A stretch of DNA of 64,000 nucleotides from the human T2T-CHM13v2.0 reference genome, Homo sapiens (GCF_009914755.1 NC_060941.1); one strand, 5' to 3'. Numbered from the stretch's first letter, positions 1-14,938 are shown. Notes: generated by a model not told the origin, from the sequence alone. Numbers and translations: made by a program.

Positions 1-624
1 TGCCTGAGCAATCTGCTTTCCTGAGCACGTCTGCACACATCAAAGGCTCTGTCTATGTCTGCTGGATGAGTGCACGGTGTTCTGGAGTCAGAAGGATAGG
101 TGGCATGACCTGTCAATAGTCTTCCTTTCAACAACTGTGCAGAAATGCATGCAACCTTCTATGGCCCCAGCAGCTGGGCCCTCCCAGCTAGATCTGGCAT
201 CCGCGTCTCTTAGGTGCCTGCTTCTTTCAGGATACAGGAGTGGGTCTGATTTATTATGGTGCATTCCCCAATTTCATGCCAAATGATTCAATTACAGTCA
301 CCCTCAGCACTCAGGAGAGGCTTCCTGCTGGCTCACAAAGATGAGACCAGAGGTGGCCCGGAGCATGTAGAAAAATTTCACCTTATTATTTATTGGAGGG
401 GGAAGTGGCATTTCTCCCACTTTGGAGTAGGTTTGTTAATCACAATGTATGAGAGAAGAGAGAGGAAAAATCTTCTCATTTTCAAAGCGAAGTCAGGTTT
501 TAATGAGGAAATATGGTAATGTTTTTACTTTATTTTCCCTGGCTGCCTGTGTCTGTCAGCTCAGGGTTACTCCTGGTCTGTTGAAAGGAACAACTGTTTA
601 TTGACTTCCCACTGTCATGCAAAC

Positions 625-830
625 AATGGCTCCCATTTATTAAGTATGTACTGTGTGCCAGGTACTGTGCTGGGCAATTTACAAGTAATCCTTAAACTGA
701 GCCCGGAAAGTGAATGTTAGTATGCTTATCTTCCAAATCAGGAAACAGAGGCTCACATAAATGAAGGAATTTGCCCAGTAACACCCAACTGGTAAGCTAT
801 GATTTACACCTAGGCTTTTCTGAATCAGGA
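625..830 (-). mobile_element. MIR SINE relic
   Basis: Reverse MIR core (atttattaagtatgtactgtgtgccaggtactgtgctggg...gaaacagaggctc...ttgccca); boundaries approximate. Confidence 0.7.
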
Positions 831-866
831 GCTTTTATTCTCTCCAGAAGTGATAGCAGGATTCTT

Positions 867-1173
867 TTTCTTTTTTCTTTTTTTTTTTTTTTGAGATGGA
901 GTCTCGCCTTGCCGTCCAGGCTGGAGTGCAGTGGCATGATCTCGGCTCACTGCAACCTCTGCCTCCCAGTTCAAGTGATTCTTTTGCTTCAGCCTCCCAA
1001 GTAGCTGGGAATACAGGCGTATGCCACTACGCCCAGCTAATTTTTGTATTTTTAGTAGAGACGGAGTTTCACCACGTTGGCCAGGCTGGATTTGAACTCC
1101 TGACCTCAAGTGATCCGCCTGCCTCGGCCTCCCAAAATGTTGGGATTAAAGGTGTGAGCCACCATGCCCAGCT
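867..1173 (-). mobile_element. AluS (Sx/Sz-like), full length
   Basis: Poly-T followed by the reverse Alu dimer; TSD gatagcaggattctt at 852-866 and 1174-1188. Confidence 0.97.
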
Positions 1174-2357
1174 GATAGCAGGATTCTTATTTGGGTATTT
1201 TATTGGCCACTCTATACATCCTGCAGGTCTTAGCTAGGATGTGAATTCCTAGCTTCATGTGGCCTCTTATTCCACAAATCTAGGCCTTCCTTAGTGCTGG
1301 GTACTCACCCCACTCAGTGCCTCGTGGCCATATTGTAATTGTCTGCTCTTTCTGTGTGTCCCTGCTATGCCGTAGATCCTTGAAGAAAAAACACAGCATG
1401 CTGTGTCCAGCACAGAGCAGGCACTGAATAATCGCTTGTGGAATATATAAAAGAATGAATGGCATCCATATTTACACAAATACTGTCACTGAAAATTATC
1501 ATGAACTTTAGATACCATTTAGGGAAGACACCATAATTTGCAAAGTGCATTCAAATATCCCTTTTAAAAAATACGGAATTCATGAAGAGTGATCCGAATG
1601 ACTGATTATTATGAGATTTTTGGAACAATTTATTGGTGTTTAGCTAAACCTTAAAGGACTTATTGTACCACGTGCAAGAGAGTTCCCTAAAGTGATCAAA
1701 TTGGTTTTCTTAATGCTGACATTCCCTGCAGATTGACACAGAAGGGCTGTGAAAACATTGCTTTGCTTCCAGATTGTATTTGGAATTTTATTTTCAAAGC
1801 ATCTCTTCGGATGGGTCCATCCTATCTCTCCTTTTCTTGCTCAAAATTTATTCCTCTGGGCCCATTTGAATGCAAGCACGTTAAGGGCAGGACTGTGTCT
1901 TGTTCACTCCCCTATGCCCCTGGCACCTAGGACAGTTCCTAGCCCATGGGAGCTTCTCAATTAATATGTGTTGATTCATTAGTGGGCTCTTCCTATTTGA
2001 TATAGTGAAAGGATCAGAGAGGGCAAAAAGGTCTCATGCAGGAGTAGTCGATGGAGATGCAGAACCTGTCAGTATCTCACTCTCTAATGTGCTGCTTATC
2101 TGGTACATCCACCACTCCTGGCCCATCAAGCCGGGTGAGACCATCCACACGCATTGCCCCATACCTCTTTGCACCCCCAAACAAGTCCTGAATGCTAGAG
2201 GATGTTCTAGGCACTCATGAGGTCTTCCCTTATGACTCATGTTTGTCCCTGACATCCTCTCCCATTTATCTTGTTTATCTCCTTGTTCCAAACTCCTTGA
2301 CATGGCCTCAAGCTCTATTCCTCAGCGCTGATCCTGGCCCACGGCCTTTCCTTGAAA

Positions 2358-2575
2358 CCAGACCGCCTGGATTTGAATCCCAGCTTCATCCACTGCCTAG
2401 CTGTGTGGCCTTGTGCAATTCCTTAACCTCTCTGCTCCTCAGTTTCCTCGTCTATAAAATGGGGATATGAGCTATGCTTGTAAGAGGGCTGGGGAGAAAA
2501 CTAGATAAATTAATATGCATACAGTGCTTGGACCAGCACCTGATAGGCAGTAAACTCCAAATCCTTATTTGCTGT
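2358..2575 (+). mobile_element. MIR SINE
   Basis: MIR core gctgtgtggccttg...cctcagtttcctcgtctataaaatggggat. Confidence 0.85.
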
Positions 2576-3214
2576 TACTCTTATTATGTGGTCCTTCTTG
2601 GGCTCTCAGTGTGCCACCAGAAAAAGATAGACAGAGTCTTGGTGTAGGACAAAGCCCTTGGTAATGTCCATGACATCTGGTGGGGTGTGGTTATGTGGAC
2701 TATTGCCAGAATGAAAGTCTTACCCTCACTCGACCAAGAAAAACACACAAAGTCCAGAGGGTATAAGCCATTTCCTTCCTGCTTTCTTTGACCAACTTTC
2801 TGTCCATATCGAACTCCCATTACTAGATGCCTGGGAGGCTGTTTTCTCTCTGACCCCCTTCCTTCTTGTCCGCTTCCCACCCTGGGATCGTCTTGGTCTT
2901 TTCAGGCTCTTGCTTCTCCCCACAGAGTCGCAGCTCCACCTTGAAGGGCTTCCGTAGGCCCAACCCTGGGCACTGCAGGTCTTGCCAAGTCTTCTGAGTG
3001 AAACCTCCATATGACCAAAAACCCTTGCTTTGTCATTATCTACAGCCTCTTAAAGGAGAACCTGGGGGTGTCATTATCCTAACAAAGTGCCTCTTTTTCA
3101 GCCTTACCAAAGACCTTGACTCAGGAAGAAGTGAGTGTGGGAAGAAGAGAATGAGGGAGCAGGGAAGGAACCCCATTCTGTTTCATAGAGCTCAGGAAGA
3201 TCACCTTCTCCCAT

Positions 3215-3252
3215 GGTGGGTGGGGTGGGGTGGGGTGGGGTGGGTGGTGGTG
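3215..3252 (+). repeat. (TGGGG)n G-rich tract, G-quadruplex-capable
   Basis: Six G3-G4 runs separated by single T. Confidence 0.85.
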
Positions 3253-3977
3253 ATGTTGTCAGCCTAGAAGGAGTGAATTGCTTGGGATCTAGCTGCACGC
3301 CGGGGTATAATTTCAAACCATGCAGCCGGAGCCTGATTCTGCTACTAAAAACCACCTGCTCTCATCAGCATGCAGACCCTGATGGAAAGAGACACTAATT
3401 TACAAGAAGGGTGCCAAGTAGCAGACATGTGTCAATACAGGACTTTCAACTCAGGCGAGGAAATAAATCTCCTTTTGGAATTAATGTCATGATTGACTTC
3501 AGAGCATATGAACTTGTTATGCAATTGATCTCTGAGTAAAGTGAGCATATGACCAACAGGTACAGCATGTGTCTCCCTCCTATTTTGTTCACTGCCTCCT
3601 CTTCCCCATTTCACCGTCCTCTTCTTCCTCTCTGCTGGGGAAGTCTGGCTGAACCAGGGAGATCCAATCTGTTTTTCTTTTTAATGATACCCTGGAGGAA
3701 AGATACGCTAAAACAACTTTGACTTCTCAGCCACTGTTTTAACTGTTGTTGTAGTCATAAGGTTATGTCGTAGGTCTGACTTGCATCCCTCATGCTGTAC
3801 TCTGGGCCTGTTTCTATTAGCTCAGATCACTGTGGAGAGGAACGGCAACAGGCTCTGAAAAGTAAAGACTGTATGGTCTGTGCATCCTCAGATAGCTCCA
3901 CTGCCAGTTACATCATCCCCACACGCCTCCTACTTGTGCCTTTCTTTGCTTCCACCACGATACTTTCCACTTCCCTT

Positions 3978-4154
3978 CTTTTTCTTTTTTTCCCTTTTTT
4001 TTTTAAAGAGATGGGGTCTTGCTCTGCTGCCCAGGCTGGAGTACAATGGTGCAATCATAGCTCACAGCAGCCTGGAACTCCTGGGCTCAACTGATCCTCC
4101 TGCCTCAGCCTCCTGAGTAGCTAGGGTTAGAAGTGCCTACTCCCACACCCAGCC
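3978..4154 (-). mobile_element. Alu monomer (FRAM / AluJ right arm)
   Basis: T-rich tail plus a single arm with J-type features (gcagcctggaactcctgggctcaa). Confidence 0.88.
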
Positions 4155-4519
4155 TCCCTTCCTAATTAGACCTGCAAGTGGTGACAGGTTGTGGAAACCT
4201 AGGCCCTGGGACCCTGCTGATGGAAAAAGGGTGGAAGCTGAAATGACAAGCACACTGCTAAGTTTTAGGAGGCTGCATGCTCTGGCTTTGAAGCTTGGTC
4301 TGATTTATTTATGGGCCGGCCTCTGTCATCCAGAGTAGAGCATTATATCAGCCAGTGTGCTGAAGGTGCCCCCAGTGGTTTATGGCTGTGATAATGGAGT
4401 TGTTATGGGCCTTAGTGAGCTGGAATTTATCAAGGCTCAGGTTCTTCTCTGTGTAGCTGGCTCTGAGATGTCACTTAACCTTTGTTAACAACAGCAGCAA
4501 TAACAATAATAATAATAAT

Positions 4520-4750
4520 AAAAATAGCTCATGCCTGCTAAGCCTTTACCAGGTGCTGGGCACATATGTTAACACTTAATATATGTTATTTCATGCTTCT
4601 CAAATAGTCTTGTAAGGTAGACATTATTTTGTCACCAATCTACAAAGGCACAGTGTACAGCTGTGTTGAAGTTAAGCAGTGTTCCCAAGGCCATGTAGTT
4701 GGTAGGATTTGAGCTGGGAATTCAAACCCAGAGAGTCTGAATCCAGAGCT
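4520..4750 (-). mobile_element. MIR SINE relic
   Basis: Reverse MIR motifs (gttcccaaggcc...ggaattcaaacccagagagtctgaatccagagc). Confidence 0.7.
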
Positions 4751-4843
4751 CAGATGCTCATTGCTCTCTCAGCAGCCACAGGAAGAAGGGGACTCTCTCA
4801 CTCTGACATTGACATTGAGGAGCTTCATATTCTTGGCAGACTC

Positions 4844-4847
<4 letters not shown>

Positions 4848-4885
<38 letters not shown>
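4848..4885. repeat. (GT)n microsatellite
   Basis: Direct read of a pure GT run. Confidence 0.98.
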
Positions 4886-4889
<4 letters not shown>

Positions 4890-5456
4890 ATGAGTGATTG
4901 TAGTCAGTACAGGAGCACCGTGAGCTGTCCCAGTTGATGGCGCTGGGCACTGATGCACCTTGGCCTTTGCCTGCCCAGTCCCACTCCCTTGTTCTCTAGT
5001 GTGCGTTTCTGGAGTTCCTTGGAGGGAGAGGCCAGGGATAGAAAACCCAAGGTAATTCCCCGACCCCACTCCATGGTACCTTCTTCCCTGGTGCTAATCC
5101 CATCCTCCTGTCGGTTTCTCATATGCAGGCTCAATCAGCGCTTCCCTGGGGACCATGCTTTACAGCACACAGAGGGCTTTAATGTGCACACCTTATTTAG
5201 ACCCCAGAGCATGCTGTGAGGAAGAATGGCTCAGATAGGAGAGGCAGAGAGCATGACTAATAAAAATAAGGCAAGGGATTAAGAGACTTGAAGGTTCCCA
5301 GGACAAGCTATTGTCAAATTGGTGAATATTAATGCAGCTAAAGGAAGAAGGAGTCCAACAGAAGGGGAACTGGGAAAATGAATTATGGCACATACTTGTA
5401 ATGGGCTATCATGCAACCATTAAATTAATGATCAAGAAGGCAAGATGGCAGCATTA

Positions 5457-5777
<321 letters not shown>

Positions 5778-5858
5778 AAATTGTTTGCCACATATTATTT
5801 AGTGAAGAAAAAAGTGACCAGGAAGCATATACAACACAGTGCCAGTCTTATGAAAGCA

Positions 5859-5863
5859 TATAT

Positions 5864-5915
<52 letters not shown>

Positions 5916-5946
5916 GCATATATGTACATACTTATGTGTATATATA
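5859..5946. repeat. (TG)n(TA)n compound microsatellite
   Basis: Direct read. Confidence 0.95.
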
Positions 5947-6924
5947 CTACCATGTATAGAAAAAAGGTTGAATGTCTGTATTCCAAAATATTGACCAAGT
6001 CTTCAGTCAATTATGTTGAGGTGGTGGATTATGGCTGATTTATAATAATTTTCTTTAGTGTAGTTTTGAAGTTTCCTAAAATGAACTTGTATTTGGAATA
6101 AGATAAACACTTATTAAAGAAAGAAAGAATGAGCCATTAAAAGGGAGGTGTTTAGCCATCAAGTTATGCCCTGGGTCTGACTTGCATCTCTCATGCTGCA
6201 CTCTGGGCCTGTCTCTATTAGTCCAGATCTCTGTGGAGAGGAACAGCAACAGGTCTGAAAAGAAGAGACTGTATGTCTGTCCATCTTCAGATACCTCCAC
6301 CACCAATGACCAACTTTCCTTCCTGGGAAAATGGGGAGCCAGAGAGAGAACAGAAAGGTGCAGTAGACAGCAATGTCCTGGTCATTGAGACCTGAATTTG
6401 GGGCCATGAGGATTCCAGGCCCTGTTATGTCCAGAGATGGAACATGAGCTGGGCCTCACCTTGGCTTCCCATTTCCCCTGGCTGATTCCACACCCACTGG
6501 GATTTTAATTTGACCTTTGTGTGTCCTGATATTGGGAAGGGGTGTGCACTGATTTAGGGACTGGAACATTCTAGTTACAAAAAAAGAAGAATGGGATCCA
6601 CCATGAGAAACAGACACTTTGGCATTCTGATTTATAAAAAGTCTTTTATGAGCTTGGTTAATGGGAGTTTGTCCAAGAGAGACAGGTCAATTAACTCTTC
6701 ACCTTGCAAGCTGAGGACCAGACCTGGGGAAGTGATGATGACGTTGATGGCCTCTCTGGCCAGAGCTGGTCAGCTAGCTTTTCCCTGGCAGTAGCTCTCT
6801 TTGGGGAACAGTATGATATACTGGAAGGGGGTTGAACTTGGAACTAGGTGGATCCACAGTAAAATCCTAGCTCTATCTTTTATTATTATTATTATTTTAT
6901 TTATTTTTTTTAGCAATGTGACAT

Positions 6925-7273
6925 TGATATGGTTTGGCTCTGTGTCCCCACCCAAATCTCACCTTGAATTGTAACAATCCTCATGTATCGTGGGAGGGAC
7001 GTGGTGGGAGGTAATTGAATCATGGGGGCAGGTTTCTCTCCTGCTGTTCTGGTGATAGTGAATAGGTCTCATGAGGTCTGATGGTTTTATAGAGGGAGGT
7101 TCCCCTGGACACGCTCTTGCCTGCAGCCATCTAAGACATGCCTCTGCTCTTCCTTTGTCTTCCGTAGTGATTGTGACACCTCCCCAGCCATGTGGAGGGT
7201 TAAACCTCTTTTCTTTATAAATTACCCAGTCTTGGGTATGTCTTTATTAGCAGTGTGAGAACAGACTAATACA
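6925..7273 (+). mobile_element. THE1B/C solo LTR (ERVL-MaLR), inserted in a MIR
   Basis: TGATATGGTTTGG...GACTAATACA termini; 5-bp TSD GACAT on both sides. Confidence 0.95.
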
Positions 7274-7602
7274 GACATTGTTTACTTAACCTCTCTGAAA
7301 CCTGCCTTTCTCATCTGAAAAGTGGATGTGATAATACATCATGGGGTTCCTCTGGGGATTAGATGAAATATGGAGTAGAAAGTCCCTGGCACATGGTTGG
7401 CATGTAACAGTAGTCAGTTTTGTCTGCAATATCAGGGATGGCAGGAATAACTGATAACAATATCCCTATTATCCCTGAACTTGGGTCCAGGGAGATTCTA
7501 TAGTCTTTGCTCATGGTGACACAGTAAAAGCAGACCAGGGATTGGGTCTTCTCCTTGCTGGCTGTGGTTTCCACTCCAATATGGCTTTGGGTCTGTCTAG
7601 GG

Positions 7603-7811
7603 CAGGGTTGGCCAACTGTGGCCCACAGGCTGAATCTGGCCCACTGCCTGTTTTTGTAAGTAAAGTTTTATTGGGAAACAGCCATGCTCATTCATTTACA
7701 TGTTATCTATGGCTTAACAACAGAACTGAGGAGTTGTGGCAGTCTGCATGGCCCACAAAGCCTAAAATATCTAATCTCTTGACCTTTACAGAAAAAGTTT
7801 ATTGATTCCTG
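7603..7811 (+). mobile_element. MER58A-like hAT-Charlie MITE
   Basis: cagggttggccaactgtggccc...aaagttttattgg...tttacagaaaaagttt. Confidence 0.85.
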
Positions 7812-8269
7812 ACATAGAACATCATTGACTTCTAAGGTGGGAGGAATTTCAAAATGAGGAATCATAGAATCAGAAAAGTGAGGAACCCCCAAAAGATTAA
7901 GGCAGAGAATTTGTGAGAAAACACTACTTCCCAGGGAAAGGAGCAAGGGGGAATGAAGGGAGAATATAGACCTTCCACAGACCTGGCAATAGCAGCCAGG
8001 ACATATTGGGAAATGGATACATCTGCTTCTTTTAATTCCTCTGTCTCTGTGGGGGATGCAAAGCCTTTTGCAGAGATTGTAGGAAAATATGTCTTGAAAG
8101 GCAAAAGGCCAGCTCTCGAGATGGTCCTTCTGAAAATCTGGCTCATGACAGGGCTCTCCTCTACTATTTATCTTCCCTGGCTCTAGGCTTGGACTTCAAG
8201 ACTCAGAACTTGATGTTTCTTGGAAATTCATCATCTCTACAGCCAATGGGTCCCCAAGCCTTGTCTACT

Positions 8270-8720
8270 CAGACTCCTTAAATACATCTCCAGTCTGTCC
8301 CTTATTCTCTATCCCCACCGCCACCATTCTAGTTCATGCCTCATCATCTCTCACTAGGATTTCTGTAATAACATCTGCCCGTCCACCCATCCATCTCCAA
8401 CCACCCACCTGCACTGAGGACCTGCACTGGGCTAAGTCCTGGGACAATGCTGGGCATGATACACTCTTTGCCTTCAAGGCCTCACTAACTAATGGTCTTT
8501 AATAACTGAATTTCCACTTTCAGCCCCACTTCCACCCAGGTTTTCCTTCCTCCCTGTTGCAGGGTGATCTTTCAAAAGCACACCTTTGATTTTGCTATTG
8601 CCCTAGTCAAAACCTTTAATAACTTCCCATTGATTGTAGGATAAGGCCCAAAGTCCTTAGTGAGGCATTTATGCTCCTTTGCAAATTGATTCCCAAATAC
8701 CTTTCCAGCCTTTTCTCATA
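8270..8720 (+). mobile_element. L2 LINE relic
   Basis: L2 motifs (catcatctctcact, cttcccattg...ggataaggcccaaagtcctt). Confidence 0.7.
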
Positions 8721-8782
8721 CGAATCTAAATTTTAGTGAGCAACTCCTAGTTATTGTTTAAGCTCAAGATAAGGTTTTATAT

Positions 8783-9330
8783 TGTATTAAGGTAAGTAAT
8801 GCTAGGCTCTGCTGAGGTAACAGATACACTCTGAAATCTCAGTGCCTTAACACAATAAAACTTTATATACTGCTTTTCCTCAGTCTAATGTGACATTCCC
8901 GGTTTGGCAGCTTTCCTGGGCAGCTCTCCTCCAAGCAATAACTCAGGGATCCAGGCTTCTTTCATCTCTACAAGTGATTTTAAGTTCACCCTGGAGCCAT
9001 CCAGCCAGGAGATGAGAGGATAAAGTGTATGGATGAGGCCAGGCGCAGTGACTCATGCTTGTAATCCCAGCACTTTGGGAGGCTGAGGTACACAGATCAT
9101 TTGAGGCCAGGAGTTTGAGATTGGCCTGGGCAACATGGCAAAACTCCGTCTTTACTAAAAATATAAGAATTAGCCGGGCATGGCGGCACACACCTGAAAT
9201 CCCAGGTACTCAGGTGGGTGAAGCACAAGAATCGCTTGAACCTGGGAGGCAGAAGTTGCAGTGAGCTGAGCTTGCACCACTGGACTCCATCCTGGGTGGC
9301 CGAGGGAGACTGTCAAAAACAAAACAAAAC

Positions 9331-9361
<31 letters not shown>

Positions 9362-9545
9362 CATGTATAGGTGGATTCTTAGGAAGTTTTAGGAGCCAGA
9401 TCTTATATCACTCTGTTCCAATTTTATTGGCTAGAACTCAATTGTGTGGCCCTGATAACTGCATAGGAGGCTGGGAAATGTAGTTGAGTTGTGTGCCCAG
9501 GAGGACAAAGAAATGGGTTTGATGGACAAATAGCATTATTTCTGT
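8783..9545 (-). mobile_element. Old MLT1 (K/L-like) LTR split by an Alu
   Basis: aaatctcagtgccttaacacaataaa; actcagggatccaggct; attggctagaactc; ggctgggaaatgtag. Confidence 0.75.
9037..9361 (+). mobile_element. Alu (J/Sz-like) with (CAAAA)n tail
   Basis: Full dimer starting ggccaggcgcagtg. Confidence 0.95.
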
Positions 9546-9547
9546 AG

Positions 9548-9861
<314 letters not shown>

Positions 9862-10570
9862 ATAGCTCAAATCTTAATGCGTTTGTCTTTGCTATTTCCT
9901 CTAAACTCTTCTTCCCTAAACAAAACTCTGAAAGTTTAAGTCTAAATTCTTCTTATCCTGTTTCTCTGGGTGGGTGAACATTTCCTTATCCTTCCAGGCC
10001 CAGGCTAAACATCACCAATCCCAGGAAGCCTTTCCTAGCTCTGCATGAGCACCTGTCCCCATGTTTGCTTCCACAGAACTTTGTGCATTGTCAACAGGAA
10101 TCAGACTTTTCTAGGTGCCAGACCCTGTTCTGGGCTGTTTATTTTAATTTTTTAAATTGTCCATTTCTTTATTATCCTTCAAAGTCTAAAACTTCCTCAA
10201 TGATAAAACGAATAGCCACTGATTTCTGCCGCTTCGTTTATTGGAACTTCTAGTCTGATGGCAAACATTTTTTTTACATTTGTTTTATTATTAAAGATTC
10301 AGAGTCACAATAAATACAATCAGTAACCTCCTCCATCCCCCAAAGCCCCCACAAATACCCTGCACAAGTGTTAACCATCTATTACACTTTCTTTGTTAAG
10401 GATTATGAAATTACTGGCTATAAACAGCTCAGTCCAAGTTCTTCAGGCTAACATCATCTGTGGCATAACTCGGCGTCAAAGAGAAACCCTAGGGCAGAGC
10501 AGCAAGGACCATCCTTTCCCTTACAGGCACCCCTGCGATGAGACTATTTCTACAGAAAACTCCCCCTGTG

Positions 10571-11042
<472 letters not shown>

Positions 11043-11360
11043 TCAAATCTTTTTTTTTTTGTCCAGGGGTTTTATTATTCCATCACAGTCCAATTGTACA
11101 GATTTGTTTTCTGGTCTGTTATTCCTATGGAACTATGACATCCTCACAGGCAGGAGCCTGGTTTTATTCATTGTCTATGCCCCCAATGTGGCATGTCTTC
11201 AGGAACTATTATTATATGAAGAAATGTTGCCATTCACTATGCCAATGTGCTTATTAATCAGTGAATTTATTCTATACTAATATGTAACCGGGTACACTCA
11301 ACAAATATTTATTCCATGGTTGATTTAAGGGCTGAATCATCAGCCAGTGATGGATGGCTG

Positions 11361-11669
11361 TTTTTTGTTTTTTTTTTTTTTTTTGAGGTAGGTTCTTGCT
11401 CTGTTACCCAGGCTGGATTGCAGTGGTGCGATCTCAACTCACTGCAACCTCTGCCTTCTGGGTCCAAGCAGTCCTCCCACCTCAGCCCCCCCAAGTAGCT
11501 GGGACCCACAGCCATGCACCATCATGCCTGGCTAATTTTTGTATTTTTTTGTAGAGACGGGTTTTTGTTATGTTGCCCAGGATGGTCTCAAGCTCCTGAG
11601 CTCAAGTGATTCACCCGCCTTGACCTCCCAAAGTGCTGGGATTACAGGTGTAAGCCACTGCGCCTGGCC
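11361..11669 (-). mobile_element. AluJ
   Basis: J-type ctcctgagctcaagtgat; TSD tggatggct. Confidence 0.94.
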
Positions 11670-12549
11670 TGGATGGCTCATTCTTTTAGAAGGGGTGCAT
11701 GACCAACTGGACACCACAGTGGTGTCTGCAGGTGCTACAGCAGAAATCTGCTTTTGATGCAGCACTTGCCTTACGAGCTGTTCTTTCTTGCTCATTGAGG
11801 GCTTTGTGTGCTGCTCTTCACACAGCTGGGCTCCATTGTGATCTGTCATGTACCAAGTTCAGACATATTTGCTCCTGATCCCAAGACTCAAGACAGATCA
11901 GATGTCATAGGCCTTTAGTGTGACCTACAGGAAAGCTTTCATTCCAGCATTTAGTAGGGTGGCCAATAATACTTTTTTGGCTCAGGGAACTAGCAGTGCA
12001 GTTCAACAGATCCAAATGAACTGAGCTTGAGTGAGGTGTTGATGGTGTGGAACAGAAGGAGGCATGGAGGGCTCACGCATTGTAAATGCTCATCATCTAG
12101 GGCTGGAGGAGGAGAATGAAGGGTCAATAATGCCTACCTGATAAGGTTGCTGTGAGGAGAAAATGAGATAATGTGGGTGAAGCACATAGCATAGTGATGG
12201 GCACATTAGTAAGTGCTCAATTAGTATTAGCTGTTATATTATTATGAATGCAGTACAGTATGATGAGTGTTATCTTGGTGACATGAACAAAATAATATAG
12301 GAGCCCAGAGTGTCCCATCGTACTTGGAGGATTCAGGGAGATATTCATAGAGGATGTGAGATTTGAACAAGACTTCAATGGATAAGTAGGAATGCTCTGG
12401 ATAGGTAAGACAATGGTGAGGCTGGGAATGGGTATTAGAGATAGAGGAAAGTAGAGGTATGAACAATTTTCTCTCTGAGAATAACAGGTGGCTTCGGTGA
12501 AAAGTGTATAGGGTATTATGGAAGAAAGGTATGGAAATGTAAAAGGTGG

Positions 12550-13076
12550 TGTGGTAGGCAGAATATGCTTCCTGCCCTCCAAATGTCCACATCCTAATCC
12601 CTGGTACCTGTGAAGATGCTACCTTACACGCGAAGAGGAATTAACTTTGTAGATGGGATTAAGGTTGCCAATAAGGTGATCTTAAAATAGGGAGATTATC
12701 CTGGATTATCCAGGGGGCCTCAATGTAGTCACAAATGTCCCTGAAAGTAGAAGGATGCAGAGGAAGGAGTCAGAGTAATGCAAGGTGAGAAAGACGCAAC
12801 TCACTCTGAACTCAACTGGCTTTGAAGATGGAGAAAGAAGTCATAAGCCAAGAAGAGTGGGTGACCTCCAGAAACACTAGAGGCAAGGCAAGGCAGGGCA
12901 AGGGATTCTCCCACAGAGCCTTCAGAAAGGAGCATGATCCTGCTGACATCTTGATTTTAGTTCAGTGAGACTTGTGCTGGACTTCCAACCTCTAGAACTG
13001 TAAGAGAATACATTTGTGTTGTTGAAGCCATCAAGGTTGTGGTCATTTGTTGAAGCAGCAATAGAAACCTAATACA
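12550..13076 (+). mobile_element. MLT1D solo LTR
   Basis: TGTGGTAGGCAGAAT...gagattatcctggattatcc...gcagcaatagaaacctaataCA. Confidence 0.9.
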
Positions 13077-13165
13077 GACTGGGGAGAGAGGATGTGGGGA
13101 AGGAGTCTGAAAAGTAGGCAGAGCCAGGCTATGAAAAGATTTGTAGGTTACATTCTTTTTTCCTA

Positions 13166-13447
13166 CAGGGCAGAGATTCTAAAAAAGTGTTCTGTCCTTT
13201 GATATATTCTGCAGAAATAGGGTTTAAAGATGAAATCACTTTGGGTATCACTGAATACTCTTGCCCCCATTTGAAGATTCATAAGGAACATTAATAATTC
13301 AAAAACCCCAAGAAATCATGCAGCAAAGAGACCTGTTTAACTTTGTCTGTCAAGTATTTCCTCAATTTATTTGATTATCAGTTTCCTTTTTGTTTTTCTT
13401 CACTCAAGACCGGTTAACATCTCAAAGCACTTTAGAAAATTCTGCTA
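13166..13447. mobile_element. Probable old hAT-Charlie non-autonomous DNA transposon
   Basis: Degenerate inverted ends (cagagattctaaa...tttagaaaattctg); family uncertain. Confidence 0.45.
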
Positions 13448-14648
13448 TAGGTGATGGGAATGCATCAGAGTTTTAATTTTAAAAAATAAGTTTATTTTTT
13501 CAGTTGAAAAGGTAGTTTAACCTCATTATGAAAAATAGACAAAAGAGAAAAATCCATGGTGAATTTTATCACCTCAATCCAACTACTAGTTGGTGTATTT
13601 TTATGTCTATCTTTTACACATATCTATTCTTTTGCATATTTTTAGCGTATCTATATATCTTCTATGCCTTTTACTTTTTATATCATAGAATTTTGGAAAC
13701 TGTAAGTAGTATTTATAGTCATCATAAATGTAATTCTTTAGTCAAGGAAGGAAGATAATGTGATCAGATTGTGATAATATCACCACGAAGATGGAGTGAG
13801 GAGGATGGGGAAGATGAGTTAGGGAGCTGTTGATAGAATCCAGACAAGATAAAAAGAAGATCTGAATCAAGGGAATAGCAGTTGTGATAGATAGGAAGAA
13901 TTGACAAAGACACCTCATGGGTGGAGGGAATGTCGAAGTCAAGGGTAGTGTGACTTCTAGCTTGAACGACTTTGGTAATTGACATGCTATCACCACAGAC
14001 AGAGGACAAAGGACAAAGAGCAAGTTTTTAACAACTGTGGGTAGATGGAATAAGTTTCATTTTAGATGTAGTCAGCTTGGGGTGCTAGTGGGACTCAGGC
14101 GGGTCTGTGAATGGCATTTGTGTGAGAGCCTGGGCTGCTGATATGGGTTAGGCATCATGAATATTTGGATGGATAAGTTTGAATGGGCATTAATTGATAC
14201 CAAGAAGTGATTTTGAGAGGCCAGGAAGAGAGCATGACAGAAAGTGAAGAACTGGATCCTGGGGAATGCGTTTATTTAAGGCTTGGATAGAGGAAATGGA
14301 GTTAGTGAAAAGATGGAGGAGAAATAACCAGAGAAATAGAATAACCAGAGGTGGAGGAGGTAGAGAGAGCTGTCGCAAAAACCAAGGGAGCACAGAATTT
14401 TAACAAGGCATTAGTGGCTAATATTAACAAATGCTACAACGATGTCAATTTGGATGAATGCTGGAATGAGGAAGCCACTAGATATGATATGTGGTTGCCA
14501 GTGACTTTTGTGAGAATAGTTATAATGGAGTGAGGAGGTCAGACCCAGGCTACATTGGGCTGAAGCATCAATGGGCTGATGGTACAGCAAACAAAATACT
14601 ATGAAAGGCCTTCATGCTAAATACAATCAACTATAATTTTTAATAATT

Positions 14649-14938
<290 letters not shown>

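Larger units (their letters stand above)
12255..14580 (-). mobile_element. L2 LINE, long and fragmented by later insertions
   Basis: Purine-rich reverse L2 motifs (gagatttgaac, aagtttcattttagatgt, gtgacttttgtgagaatagtttataatggagtga). Confidence 0.7.

Noticed and set aside
771-1237. ORFs with RWSLALxPRLECSG / [13 protein letters not shown] peptides (also ~26355, 28330, 38091, 59997 and others)
   Set aside because: These are translations of Alu sequence, not genes.
2724-3010. 94-aa basic minus-strand ORF next to a gg|gtaaga donor
   Set aside because: The ORF stops just before the donor, has no recognisable homology and no supported acceptor or promoter.
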